Below, piece after piece: positions 26,635-35,811 of a stretch of DNA of 64,000 nucleotides. Position 1 is the first letter of the stretch. Every line of letters starts with the position of its first letter. The position numbers and the translations under genes are program-made. Source of the stretch: Minisyncoccia bacterium (GTDB taxonomy: Bacteria > Patescibacteriota > Minisyncoccia > Phycocordibacterales > UBA9973); the NCBI GenBank assembly GCA_044228545.1, contig JBGAUR010000001.1, positions 450 to 64,449 on the forward strand, given 5' to 3'. A model generated the notes under the pieces. It did no database searches. It had not been told where the DNA came from and saw nothing but the letters and a program-made list of their open reading frames with translations.

Positions 26635-28047
26635 TTAATTAGGCGCACTATCACCACAACCAACTATTCCTGGCTGACCACCAGAACTATAACAACCCCT
26701 ATAGATAAATGTTCCCCCACAACTACCGATATAAGCAGCTGGGTTATTTTCTGCATATATATCTCCGATTCCACCACAATAACTAGGCATTACATCACCC
26801 CTAGGATCTCCAGGTACAACCAATAAGTGTGTATCTTCATCTATACAAGTTTCATTTGGATCACAAGGTACTTTGTTGTGCACCAGGAATCCATCAGCGT
26901 AGTATGTTCTATCACCAGACAATACAAAGTTATATAGCGGTGTAGTCTCAGGAACATTCTTGCTTTCAATAGAGTTAATAACCTCATTGCCAGATTCTTT
27001 AATAAGAGTATCGCCAACTTCAAGCTTGGTTACACTTATACCAATATGCTCTTGTCTAGTTTTTTCAGGATTTAGTGATTTCCAACCTTGCGTTGTCTTG
27101 AATGGATGTTCTTCGGTAACAAACAGACGCCCTTTGTTAAATCCATATATCTTGCCATCTGATTTTAGTGGACGATGATATGCTAAAACTTCATTATTAG
27201 ACTTTTCTCCTTTTACTACATCCCCAATCTTAACATCTTGAATATTTTTTATTGAACCATCAGCCATTGTTACTTTTGTATCGGAGATAAAACATACGTG
27301 GTACGCATTTGGACCACCAGTAGGTGGAGTACCTGTGGCTCCACAGATATTTCCCCCAGCCATACTTGTAGGACTATTTGAGTGTACGTGACCTTCATAA
27401 AAACCTGCAGTTCCTTCTATTTCACAACCAGTACCATTACATGCTTGACCATTATAATAACTAGTTGACTGGTTTGCTGGGATAGTAAACACAACGATTC
27501 TTGGATCAAGAGGGAGTGGACCGTATTGAGTGGTACCTGTTAATTGAGCGTTAACTGTTATCGCTGGGTGATTAGCTGGTCCAACATAATTTATCTTACC
27601 CCATCGGAAATTACCGGAGAAATATAATGTAGCTATACATGGGGATATTCCAGTATCAACACCAGTTAAATAATTAGCAAAATAGTTTCCAGTTAATGTT
27701 GGTGATTGAAATGGAGTAGAAGCTGGGGGTCCAAAAGGGAATGTCTCATTAAATCCAATATAAGTAGCAGGTATTATTGATACAGGGGTCCCACCATTGT
27801 TGCCCACAGTAAGAGAAACCTGCTCAGTATCGCAGTTGTTAGAAGTTATTTGGCCCTTCGCTAAAAATGTTGTAGCTGTGGTAGTGAAAGGACCAGCAGG
27901 ATCTAGATAAGCAAGTGTTGTTATATTTCCACTTGGTTGACAATTGTATACGTAAGTTGCAGCATCAGCATTTGAATAACTAAAAGCTAATAAAAGAAAT
28001 ACAGATGCTAGTGTTATATATTTAATGTTTTTTAGAAGTTTTTTCAT
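26635..28047 (-). CDS. Secreted protein with a Hint (hedgehog/intein-like, BIL-type) autoprocessing domain and a 79-aa Cys-rich C-terminal peptide. The track start at 28071 is GTG; the ATG at 28047 gives a signal peptide.
   Basis: The Hint domain spans aa 260-399, from CFISDTKVTMADGSIKNIQDVKIGDVV (Cys codon 27292-27294) to FLVHN (26875-26880), followed by KVPCDPNETC...CGGIGDIY...SCGGTFIYRGCYSSGGQPGIVGCGDSAPN. Confidence 0.6.
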   Translation of the reverse strand: MKKLLKNIKYITLASVFLLLAFSYSNADAATYVYNCQPSGNITTLAYLDPAGPFTTTATTFLAKGQITSNNCDTEQVSLTVGNNGGTPVSIIPATYIGFNETFPFGPPASTPFQSPTLTGNYFANYLTGVDTGISPCIATLYFSGNFRWGKINYVGPANHPAITVNAQLTGTTQYGPLPLDPRIVVFTIPANQSTSYYNGQACNGTGCEIEGTAGFYEGHVHSNSPTSMAGGNICGATGTPPTGGPNAYHVCFISDTKVTMADGSIKNIQDVKIGDVVKGEKSNNEVLAYHRPLKSDGKIYGFNKGRLFVTEEHPFKTTQGWKSLNPEKTRQEHIGISVTKLEVGDTLIKESGNEVINSIESKNVPETTPLYNFVLSGDRTYYADGFLVHNKVPCDPNETCIDEDTHLLVVPGDPRGDVMPSYCGGIGDIYAENNPAAYIGSCGGTFIYRGCYSSGGQPGIVGCGDSAPN

Positions 28048-28057
28048 AAGATTATAA

Positions 28058-29344
28058 TTACATATTAACACTATTAATTTTTTTTCTCCTATTCATATAT
28101 ATTCCAAAGGAAGCCACAATAACAAGTACAATTACTCCTAGAATAATAAATTTGCGATCTAAAGTAGGAGTGTAACTCTTAGGAACTTTTGCAGTTTTGA
28201 ATTTAAATTCTTTTTGATCTAAAACTTTACCACTTGGATCACTTAAAACAACCTTAACAAGGGGGTCTTCGCAAGTAGTTTTTACAGGATAAGATATTTT
28301 ATTTATGGGGCTTGATATATCTCGGCTTATTGTCTCTGTATTTTCTTCTATACATTGTCTACCTTTTTTATTAGTAATAGAAGTAGTGAGTGATACGTTA
28401 GAAGCCATACCAGCTGTCATACCCGAACCAAACCATATCAAAGAGAGTTCTGCAGTTTCACCTGTTCTATAATAATCTTTATCGAGAGAAATTTGCTGAA
28501 TGGTAGCACTTAGTCCTTTAATTATATAGTTAAGAGAAACATTGTTAGAAAAATTTACACCGTCAGATAAACTCAACTTTAAATTGTAAGGTTTAGATAT
28601 ATCACCTTTAGGTAGAGTGACTGAAAAAGTTTTTTTCTGACTCTTTTCAAAAATGATTGCTTCGTTTTCTTCAGTTGTCTGTGGAGCAGGTTCTCCATAT
28701 GAGCTAGAATATCGAGTATCGAAGAATGGACTAACCGTTAAAGATTCCATTGAATTATTTATTGCGGTACAAGTAAGACTAAGTGTTTGATCAGAGTTTA
28801 TCTCTACAGTTTTTGTAATTAGATATTTTGTGTCTTTATCTCCTAAAATCTGGACATAACATGACTCAGGTAGTATTTGTATACCCTTAGTAGAAGCGGT
28901 TAACTTTATCTTACCAACAACAACGTTTGCAAATGGAAAACCACTTTCGTTTTTACTATCTAAAAGAATTACAAAGTTACCATTTAGTCCAGACGGTGGA
29001 GTATAAACGATTTCTCTAGAAACAGAACTCTCTGGATGTAGTGTAAGAGCTTCATCATAGACTTTTTCATCAGCCAAATATGGATTCTTCTCATCTGAGA
29101 ATAATTTGATTCCATACTTTACCCCTGTCTGTAAACCTTGACCATTTGCTATTTTAAAGGATATTTTAAAAGTTTTTCCATCTTGAAATACTATTTTTGC
29201 ATTATTTATATCAACTGATGCAACCAGTACACCTTGAGCTTTTGGAAGTTCACTCTTAACTTCTGGAGCAGCACTAGATACTGTATAAAAAAACAAAGAG
29301 AAAAAAACAAAGAAACCAGCAAAGGAAGATTTATATAGATTCAT
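28058..29344 (-). CDS. Surface protein with an N-terminal signal peptide and a C-terminal TM anchor
   Basis: N-terminal MNLYKSSFAGFFVFFSLFFYTVSSA, and C-terminal FIILGVIVLVIVASFGIYMNRRKK. It is the first gene of the secreted-protein operon. Confidence 0.5.
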   Translation of the reverse strand: MNLYKSSFAGFFVFFSLFFYTVSSAAPEVKSELPKAQGVLVASVDINNAKIVFQDGKTFKISFKIANGQGLQTGVKYGIKLFSDEKNPYLADEKVYDEALTLHPESSVSREIVYTPPSGLNGNFVILLDSKNESGFPFANVVVGKIKLTASTKGIQILPESCYVQILGDKDTKYLITKTVEINSDQTLSLTCTAINNSMESLTVSPFFDTRYSSSYGEPAPQTTEENEAIIFEKSQKKTFSVTLPKGDISKPYNLKLSLSDGVNFSNNVSLNYIIKGLSATIQQISLDKDYYRTGETAELSLIWFGSGMTAGMASNVSLTTSITNKKGRQCIEENTETISRDISSPINKISYPVKTTCEDPLVKVVLSDPSGKVLDQKEFKFKTAKVPKSYTPTLDRKFIILGVIVLVIVASFGIYMNRRKKINSVNM

Positions 29345-29494
29345 ATTGAAAAATTATAATGGCTAATTGTTATCTTAGAATTATACCACTCTGAATTATT
29401 AAATAGTAGTAAAAGTTATCCCCAAAATAAAAAATAGCCTTGCATGTAAATGCAAGGCCGCCTTTCGGCTGAGTATTATTTTATGAAACAGAAG

Positions 29495-30259
29495 TTACGG
29501 CACTACTTTGTAGTGTATCCGGCGGGTAAATTGTACCCCGCTTGATACATACACCCTCTGCATTACCCATTTGGTATCAGAGAGAAAAATATTGTCGTAT
29601 ATACCGCCGCCATTCTGAAACTGGGCGCCGTTATTCAGCGAATTCCACCAACCAGTGGAGGTGCTTCCGTTGGGAGCAATAGCCGTACCAGACCTTTTAC
29701 CATTCACGATGGTCTTGTAATAGATATACTTATTCTGGTCCGGAGTGCTAACCTGGTAACCGCCGGGGAAAGCTGTAGAAAAAGTGGTGTCACCATTCTC
29801 CAGCCATTTTGAACCATTTTTACAAATGAACGTAAACATGGTGTCATACACAGCGATTGGCACTACTTTTGAAACTAATGCTCCATCTTCACCGGTAAGG
29901 GTGATAGTTGTAGAAGCTGATGTTTCTAAAGCAGGAATACTGGCAGATTTTTTGTCTTCAGCCAAAGCACCGAGTGTAATTTCGGTCTTAGTGGCATATT
30001 GGGTGTTCCAGTTCAACTGGCCAGGTGTTCTTGCCCAGAGGGTGTCCGGGTTCAAAACCGGATTGGATGTAAAGATAGCAGCATTTTTGGGTGGCGGCGG
30101 ACAATCGGCCGAATTTGTTTGTACCCCTGGTAAAAGGGGACATAAATCTACCGGGTCCGATTTTGATGGAGTATCTTTAGTGCAGCTAACCAGAGCTGCA
30201 GCCATTGCGAATGTGATATAGCCCACAAGCAGGCTTCTGATTGCTGTTTTCATGATCAT
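29495..30259 (-). CDS. Lipoprotein (lipobox LVSC) with atypically high GC
   Basis: N-terminal MKTAIRSLLVGYITFAMAAALVSCTKD. The coding sequence is about 48% GC against roughly 33-35% in the flanks. A GC-rich terminator hairpin lies at 29437-29458. Confidence 0.5.
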   Translation of the reverse strand: MIMKTAIRSLLVGYITFAMAAALVSCTKDTPSKSDPVDLCPLLPGVQTNSADCPPPPKNAAIFTSNPVLNPDTLWARTPGQLNWNTQYATKTEITLGALAEDKKSASIPALETSASTTITLTGEDGALVSKVVPIAVYDTMFTFICKNGSKWLENGDTTFSTAFPGGYQVSTPDQNKYIYYKTIVNGKRSGTAIAPNGSTSTGWWNSLNNGAQFQNGGGIYDNIFLSDTKWVMQRVYVSSGVQFTRRIHYKVVP

Positions 30260-30428
30260 TGTTTTTTTTGATGAAGAATACAGATCAAGCCTTGATTTAT
30301 AAGACTAAAACTGTATTCCCCACCAATAAAAACGTTTTTCAATGTGCAAATCGTGTTTAAGACACAACAAGGACCTTCATGTCAAGTATAAGCACTTTTG
30401 TGCATTTTGTCAATTTCTACAAGGCTAT

Positions 30429-30448
30429 TTATCCACAAATTATCCACA
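30429..30448 (+). promoter_or_regulatory. Two tandem perfect DnaA boxes TTATCCACA (30429-30437, 30440-30448) in the divergent lipoprotein/nusA intergenic region
   Basis: Read directly. There is a 2-nt spacing, they are head-to-tail, and they lie about 95 nt upstream of nusA. Confidence 0.4.
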
Positions 30449-30541
30449 ATTTGACGAGAGAGCTTTATTATAGTACGATGCGACAAGCTAGTCCGTTTTC
30501 GAACCGGACTTTTTTAATTAAAAATTTAATAACAACTAAAT

Positions 30542-31738
30542 ATGTTAGACCTCAAAACAATGAAATCCGCGCTTGAGCAACTCGAACAGGAGCGCAAAAT
30601 ACCCCGTGAAAAGATCATCGATGCTATCGAGCAAGCTCTTGCTGCTGCCTACAAAAAAGATTATGGAAAAAAAGGGCAAATAGTTCGTGCAACTATTGAT
30701 ATTGAAACTGGAAAGATGGAATTCTATCAAGTGAAAATTGTTGTCGATGATTCGATCGTACGCATGACAACAGATGAAGATGCTGAAGAAGAAATTTCTG
30801 AAGATGACAACCGTGTTCGCTTCAATGAAGAGCATCATATATTACTTGCTGATGCGAAAAAAATAAAAAGTGATGCAAAACTCGAAGAAGAAATAATTTT
30901 CCCATTGGAATCAAAAGAGGATTACGGTCGCATTGCTGCACAGACAGCAAAACAAGTTATAATCCAAAAAATCCGCGAAGCAGAACGTGGTGCTATTATC
31001 GACGAGTATGGAAGTAAAGAAGGTGAAATAGTAAATGGCTTCGTTCAAAAAGTTGAACGTGGAATCGTTTATGTTGATTTCAATCGTGCAACTGGAATAA
31101 TTTTACCTGAAGAACAAATTCCTGGAGAATTTTATAAACGTGGTGAACGAATCCGCGCATACCTTTATTCTGTTGAAGAAACTCCTCGCGGTGTAAACCT
31201 AAAACTTTCTCGCACTCATCCTCAACTTATAGAAGGTCTATTTGCATCTGAAGCACCAGAAATTGCAGGAGGTGTAGTAGAAATAAAAGCAATTGCTCGT
31301 GAAGCTGGAGCTCGTAGTAAAATTGCTGTTTACTCAAATGATGAACATGTTGATCCAGTTGGATCTTGTGTTGGTCAGAAGGGTGTTCGTGTGACTACAG
31401 TCATGAGTGAACTTGGTGGAGAAAAGATCGACATAATTCCTTGGTCAGGAAATCCTAGTGAATATATCGCAAGTGCTCTTTCTCCTGCGCGGGTTCTTGA
31501 TATAGAAGTCAATGAAACTGAACACAAGGCAGTGGTTGAAGTTACAGCAGATCAGCTTTCTCTTGCGATTGGTAAGGGTGGTCAGAATGTTCGCCTTGCG
31601 GCAAAGCTTACTGGTTGGAGAATAGATATCAAAGGTGTAACTGGTGAGGTAGTATCTAGTGAAGATGATATAATAAGTGAAGATGCAAGTGTGGTATCAC
31701 TCGACGAAGGTCTAGTTGATGATGGCACAAATGCATAA
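30542..31738 (+). CDS. nusA: Transcription termination/antitermination factor NusA
   Basis: NusA N-terminal domain, S1 and two KH domains (EIVNGFVQKVERGIVYVDF..., VGSCVGQKGVRV, AIGKGGQNVRLA). Confidence 0.9.
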   Translation: MLDLKTMKSALEQLEQERKIPREKIIDAIEQALAAAYKKDYGKKGQIVRATIDIETGKMEFYQVKIVVDDSIVRMTTDEDAEEEISEDDNRVRFNEEHHILLADAKKIKSDAKLEEEIIFPLESKEDYGRIAAQTAKQVIIQKIREAERGAIIDEYGSKEGEIVNGFVQKVERGIVYVDFNRATGIILPEEQIPGEFYKRGERIRAYLYSVEETPRGVNLKLSRTHPQLIEGLFASEAPEIAGGVVEIKAIAREAGARSKIAVYSNDEHVDPVGSCVGQKGVRVTTVMSELGGEKIDIIPWSGNPSEYIASALSPARVLDIEVNETEHKAVVEVTADQLSLAIGKGGQNVRLAAKLTGWRIDIKGVTGEVVSSEDDIISEDASVVSLDEGLVDDGTNA

Positions 31739-31759
31739 TTAAAATTATCTAAAAAATTT

Positions 31760-32347
31760 ATGGCAAATATAAATCACAAACCATCAAGATATATGCTCAA
31801 TCTGCTCCACGTACTTCCTCCATTTGCAGATGAAAATAAAAAAATAGTAAACACTATTATAGAAAATAATAAAGGCTCAAGAAATAAATATGAGTTGATT
31901 ACAGAGAGTGGGCAATTAAAACTTGATCGTGTAGGTTACTCACCATTAGTGTATCCATTTTCATACGGAGCAATTCCTATGACATGGGACGAAGACAACG
32001 ATCCCTTAGATATTGTTGTAGTGAATGTAACAGAAGAATTTGTACCTGGATCATTAGTTGAAATAAGAGTTATTGGTGTAATGAAATTCATAGATAGTGG
32101 AGAAGTTGATGATAAAATAATTGGTGTAGTGAGCGATGACAAGAAAAATGATCATATAAACTCTATCGAGGACTTGGGTGATTACTTTAAGACAGAAACA
32201 AAATATTTCTGGGAAAAATATAAGGAGCTCAAGAAACCAGGAACAGGAGAAGTGAAAGAATTTTTTGGAGCAGATGAAGCCGTTAAAATAATCAATGAGT
32301 GTAAAGAAAGATACAACAAAGATTACGCTCCTAAACTAGAAAATTAA
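31760..32347 (+). CDS. ppa: Inorganic pyrophosphatase
   Basis: IIENNKGSRNKYELITESGQLKLDRV...YGAIPMTWDEDNDPLDIVV matches family I PPase motifs. Confidence 0.85.
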   Translation: MANINHKPSRYMLNLLHVLPPFADENKKIVNTIIENNKGSRNKYELITESGQLKLDRVGYSPLVYPFSYGAIPMTWDEDNDPLDIVVVNVTEEFVPGSLVEIRVIGVMKFIDSGEVDDKIIGVVSDDKKNDHINSIEDLGDYFKTETKYFWEKYKELKKPGTGEVKEFFGADEAVKIINECKERYNKDYAPKLEN

Positions 32348-32422
32348 TTACTCAATCAAAAAATCCACCAACTGGTGGATTTTTTGACAAATAACCAATG
32401 TACATATAAACTAGATAAACTT

Positions 32423-33493
32423 ATGAAAACAACAATAAACAAAAAAGATAAAAGCGAGTTAGAAATAATAGGATCACTTCCTGTAGCAGATTTTGAAAAA
32501 TACGAAGAGAAAGCTCTATCTATTATAAGTGAGCGCCTTGAACTTCCAGGATTCCGAAAAGGAAAAGCTCCCGCATCTGTAGTAAAAGAGAATGCCACTG
32601 AAATGATAATTCTAGAAGAGATGGCAGAACTTGCAATCAAAGATGCCTATATAAAAATAATCGAAGAAAATAAAATCGAAGCTATTGGTCGCCCACAAGT
32701 CGCTATTACTAAGATCGCTAAAGGTTCAGATTTAGAATTTAAAATTCTAACTGCAGTACTGCCAGAAATGAAACTTCCAGATTATAAAAAACTTGCAAGC
32801 GACGAGAAGAAGAAAAATCCTATCGCTGAAGTTGTAGTAGATGAAGCAGATGTGGAGAAAACAATTCTCGATCTTCGCAAAATGCGCGCAGAACAAGCTC
32901 GTGGGGCAAATCACGAAGGACACGAGAACATGACTGAAGAAGAGCACGCAAAAGCGCACGAGATTCCAGAAAGTGAATACCCGAGCTTCGATGATGCTTT
33001 CGCAAAATCTTTTGGTGATTTTGAAAATGCAGATGCACTGAAGAATAAAATTCGTGAAAATATGAAGATTGAGAAAGAGACTCTCGAGAAAGATAAACTT
33101 CGTATGGTGATTGTTGAGAAATTAATTGCAGAAACTTCTGGAGAAATCCCTGAGATACTTATTGAAAGCGAAATACAAAAAATACTTTATCGCCTAGAGG
33201 CAGATGTTACAAATGCAGGACTAAACTTTGCAGATTATTTAGTACAGATAAAAAAGACTGAAGATGATTTGAGAAAAGAGTGGCGTGGAGATGCAGAGAA
33301 GCGTGCAAAGCTACAAATGATAATCAGAAATATTGCTGATAAAGAAAACTTAAAGCCAACAGAAGAAGAAATAGAAAAAGAAGTTGGAAATATTATGACC
33401 ATGTATAAAGATGCAGATCCAATTCGTGCTCGCGCGTACATCGAGAATATACTTGAAAACGAAAAAGTATTTAATTTCTTAGAGAATCAATAA
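32423..33493 (+). CDS. tig: Trigger factor, short form (about 357 aa) that probably lacks the PPIase domain
   Basis: It has the ribosome-binding signature GFRKGKAP. The tig-clpP neighbourhood is conserved. Confidence 0.7.
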   Translation: MKTTINKKDKSELEIIGSLPVADFEKYEEKALSIISERLELPGFRKGKAPASVVKENATEMIILEEMAELAIKDAYIKIIEENKIEAIGRPQVAITKIAKGSDLEFKILTAVLPEMKLPDYKKLASDEKKKNPIAEVVVDEADVEKTILDLRKMRAEQARGANHEGHENMTEEEHAKAHEIPESEYPSFDDAFAKSFGDFENADALKNKIRENMKIEKETLEKDKLRMVIVEKLIAETSGEIPEILIESEIQKILYRLEADVTNAGLNFADYLVQIKKTEDDLRKEWRGDAEKRAKLQMIIRNIADKENLKPTEEEIEKEVGNIMTMYKDADPIRARAYIENILENEKVFNFLENQ

Positions 33494-33517
33494 TAAATAT
33501 TTTGTGCAAAAAAAAAT

Positions 33518-33550
33518 GGCCCGTGTGGATGAAAATCCTGGGGCCTTTTT
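33518..33550. terminator. Hairpin GGCCC-N18-GGGCC flanked by an A-run and a T-run; probably a bidirectional terminator for tig and the lipoprotein gene
   Basis: Read directly. Confidence 0.45.
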
Positions 33551-33577
33551 TGATTTACTAACACTGCTTGGCTGAAA

Positions 33578-34045
33578 TTATTTTTGTTTAGCAACTATTG
33601 TACCAGTCCATGGACCATTATGAGTAAACGACCTTACCGGCCAGCTTACCAAAACAGCACACTTGCCACCTGGAGGAACATCAAACCAATTTTGCAAAGA
33701 TAACCACAACTGATTGGTTTGTGAACCTACCCCCATATCACAGCGGGCGGTACCGATCTGTCTGTTGTTTTTGTCAAAAACTGGTATTGACTCGGAGCTA
33801 TACGGCTTGGTTAATACATAACAAATGGTTGTTTCTGTATTAATGTTATTACCGTAAACATAAGAGTCATAGTATTGCTGGTCGTAATAATAGCCTCCGC
33901 CATTATTTATACCAAGCTCAACCCATGTTCCTGCGATTTGGAAGCCGACAGTAACGCCAATATTGTTCAAAACATCTTTTACCTCGGTTTTAGAACAACT
34001 GGTCAGAACGAGAGCAGCAATTGCTGCAAAAAATAAATTTTTCAT
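33578..34045 (-). CDS. Lipoprotein (lipobox LTSC), GC-elevated
   Basis: N-terminal MKNLFFAAIAALVLTSCSK. GC is higher than the flanks. Confidence 0.45.
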   Translation of the reverse strand: MKNLFFAAIAALVLTSCSKTEVKDVLNNIGVTVGFQIAGTWVELGINNGGGYYYDQQYYDSYVYGNNINTETTICYVLTKPYSSESIPVFDKNNRQIGTARCDMGVGSQTNQLWLSLQNWFDVPPGGKCAVLVSWPVRSFTHNGPWTGTIVAKQK

Positions 34046-34229
34046 GATTTTATTAATTATTGGTGATTTAGATTATTGATTTCTAGGGACCAAAATTGAT
34101 CCATACAATTCAACAATCTAAACCTTCATGAAAAGCCATACAATTTCTCAAAGATCATTTCTTTGTATATTATAACATATAATATCACTAAATGTCAAGT
34201 AAGCTTGGATTGGCGTAATACCCTTATTT

Positions 34230-34238
34230 TGCTATACT
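34230..34238 (+). promoter_or_regulatory. Extended -10 TGCTATACT ending 6 nt before the clpP ATG; leaderless-type
   Basis: Read directly. Confidence 0.35.
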
Positions 34239-34244
34239 ACTCTC

Positions 34245-34835
34245 ATGTTAATCCCTACAGTAATAGAAAAAAGTCAGTTTGGTGAACGAGCGTATGATAT
34301 ATATTCGCGCCTTTTAAATGAGCGTATTATTTTCCTAGGTGGCCCTATTGACGATCATACTGCAAACCTTGTAATAGCTCAGCTCCTATACCTTGACCAC
34401 ACAGACCCTAAGAAAGATATATATTTATATATCAACTCCCCTGGTGGTTCGGTTACTGCAGGACTCGCAATTCTCGACACTATGGGCTTTGTTAAAGCAG
34501 ATGTCTCTACTATATGTGTAGGTATTGCCGCTTCTATGGGGGCAGTACTACTTTCGGCTGGCGCAAAGGGTAAAAGATTTGCTCTTCCAAACTCTGAAGT
34601 TATGATTCACCAAGTTATGGGTGGCGCTGAGGGGCAAGCATCTGATATTGCAATCAATGCAAAACACATCCTTCGCACAAAAGACACCTTAAATAAAATC
34701 CTTGCAAAAAATACAGGGCAAACTGTAACTCAAATAGAAAAAGACTCAGATCGCGACTACTGGATGACAAGTGATGAAGCAAAAAAATACGGAATCATAG
34801 ACGATATAGTTTCTAAACCTAAAAATAATAAATAA
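34245..34835 (+). CDS. clpP: ATP-dependent Clp protease proteolytic subunit
   Basis: Ser-His-Asp triad context ([15 protein letters not shown]). Confidence 0.9.
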   Translation: MLIPTVIEKSQFGERAYDIYSRLLNERIIFLGGPIDDHTANLVIAQLLYLDHTDPKKDIYLYINSPGGSVTAGLAILDTMGFVKADVSTICVGIAASMGAVLLSAGAKGKRFALPNSEVMIHQVMGGAEGQASDIAINAKHILRTKDTLNKILAKNTGQTVTQIEKDSDRDYWMTSDEAKKYGIIDDIVSKPKNNK

Positions 34836-34837
34836 AA

Positions 34838-35587
34838 ATGCAAATAATAATCATTATTGTTTTAGTTTTAATTATTTTTTTATTACTAAAAAGGGAATTT
34901 AGTAGAAGTTTCACTGAGCAAACTTTTCTTTCCATAGTGAACCACACTTTCAGGACTCCATTGACTCGAATCAAATGGATGGCAGACGCACTAAAGACTG
35001 ATATGCCAAGGAAGGATGAACTTGAATTAATAAATAATTTGGATAATTCAGTAAACAGACTCCTTGAACTTGTAGATATTGTCGCTGGTATAAAAAATAT
35101 CCAAAATACTTCCACTTATGATCTAAAGGCAGTTTCAATGCGAGAGATTTTAGAAGAAGCTTTGAAAAAATACAGTGGGCTACTTCATGATAAAAAAATC
35201 TCTCTTCAAGTTCCTTCTCTTATAAATCTTCCGCTTCTATCAGTTGATACAAAGAAAATTTCTTTTGTTATAAATGTTGTGATAGAAAACGCAATTCTCT
35301 ACTCAAAAGAAAACGGTAAAATAAATATCGAGGCTGAATTAAAAAACGACAAGTTAATATTGAAAATCGAAGATAACGGTATAGGTCTATCTAGAAAAGA
35401 CCGTAACAATTTATTTAAGCGTTTTTATAGAGGTGCACGTGCAACAAAAATGAATACAGACGGTATGGGTCTTGGACTTTACGCTTCAAAGGAAATCATT
35501 CAAAGACACCACGGGGAGATATATGCTAATTCTAAAGGAGAAAACCTAGGTACTACTTTCTATATTGTTCTCCCTAGAACCAAGTAA
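34838..35587 (+). CDS. Sensor histidine kinase with a single N-terminal TM helix, a HisKA domain and a HATPase_c domain; no adjacent response regulator
   Basis: H-box VNHTFRTPLTRIKWMADAL; N/G boxes ENAILYSKENGKINI, DNGIGLS, GMGLGL. Confidence 0.7.
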   Translation: MQIIIIIVLVLIIFLLLKREFSRSFTEQTFLSIVNHTFRTPLTRIKWMADALKTDMPRKDELELINNLDNSVNRLLELVDIVAGIKNIQNTSTYDLKAVSMREILEEALKKYSGLLHDKKISLQVPSLINLPLLSVDTKKISFVINVVIENAILYSKENGKINIEAELKNDKLILKIEDNGIGLSRKDRNNLFKRFYRGARATKMNTDGMGLGLYASKEIIQRHHGEIYANSKGENLGTTFYIVLPRTK

Positions 35588-35811
35588 TTTTATAGTATCG
35601 ACAAAACCTGTTATTTCTAGTATTATACAGATATCGAATTTTAACAGTTTAGTAAGTGTTTACTTTCAAAAATACAGTCCTACCTGACACAGAAATCGAA
35701 AACAATCTTATGAAAAAAAGTTTTACCTTGGTAAGTGTGCTACATAAGAATACAGAATATAAAATAGGTCTATAAAAGGCTCGTGTATTTAGAAGTGACA
35801 CTGTCACTTAT

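Noticed and set aside
26635-28071. Interpreting the Hint domain as a true intein
   Set aside because: There is no recognisable host protein (extein) split by it and no homing-endonuclease insert. Its placement in a secreted protein fits BIL or polymorphic-toxin-type Hint domains.
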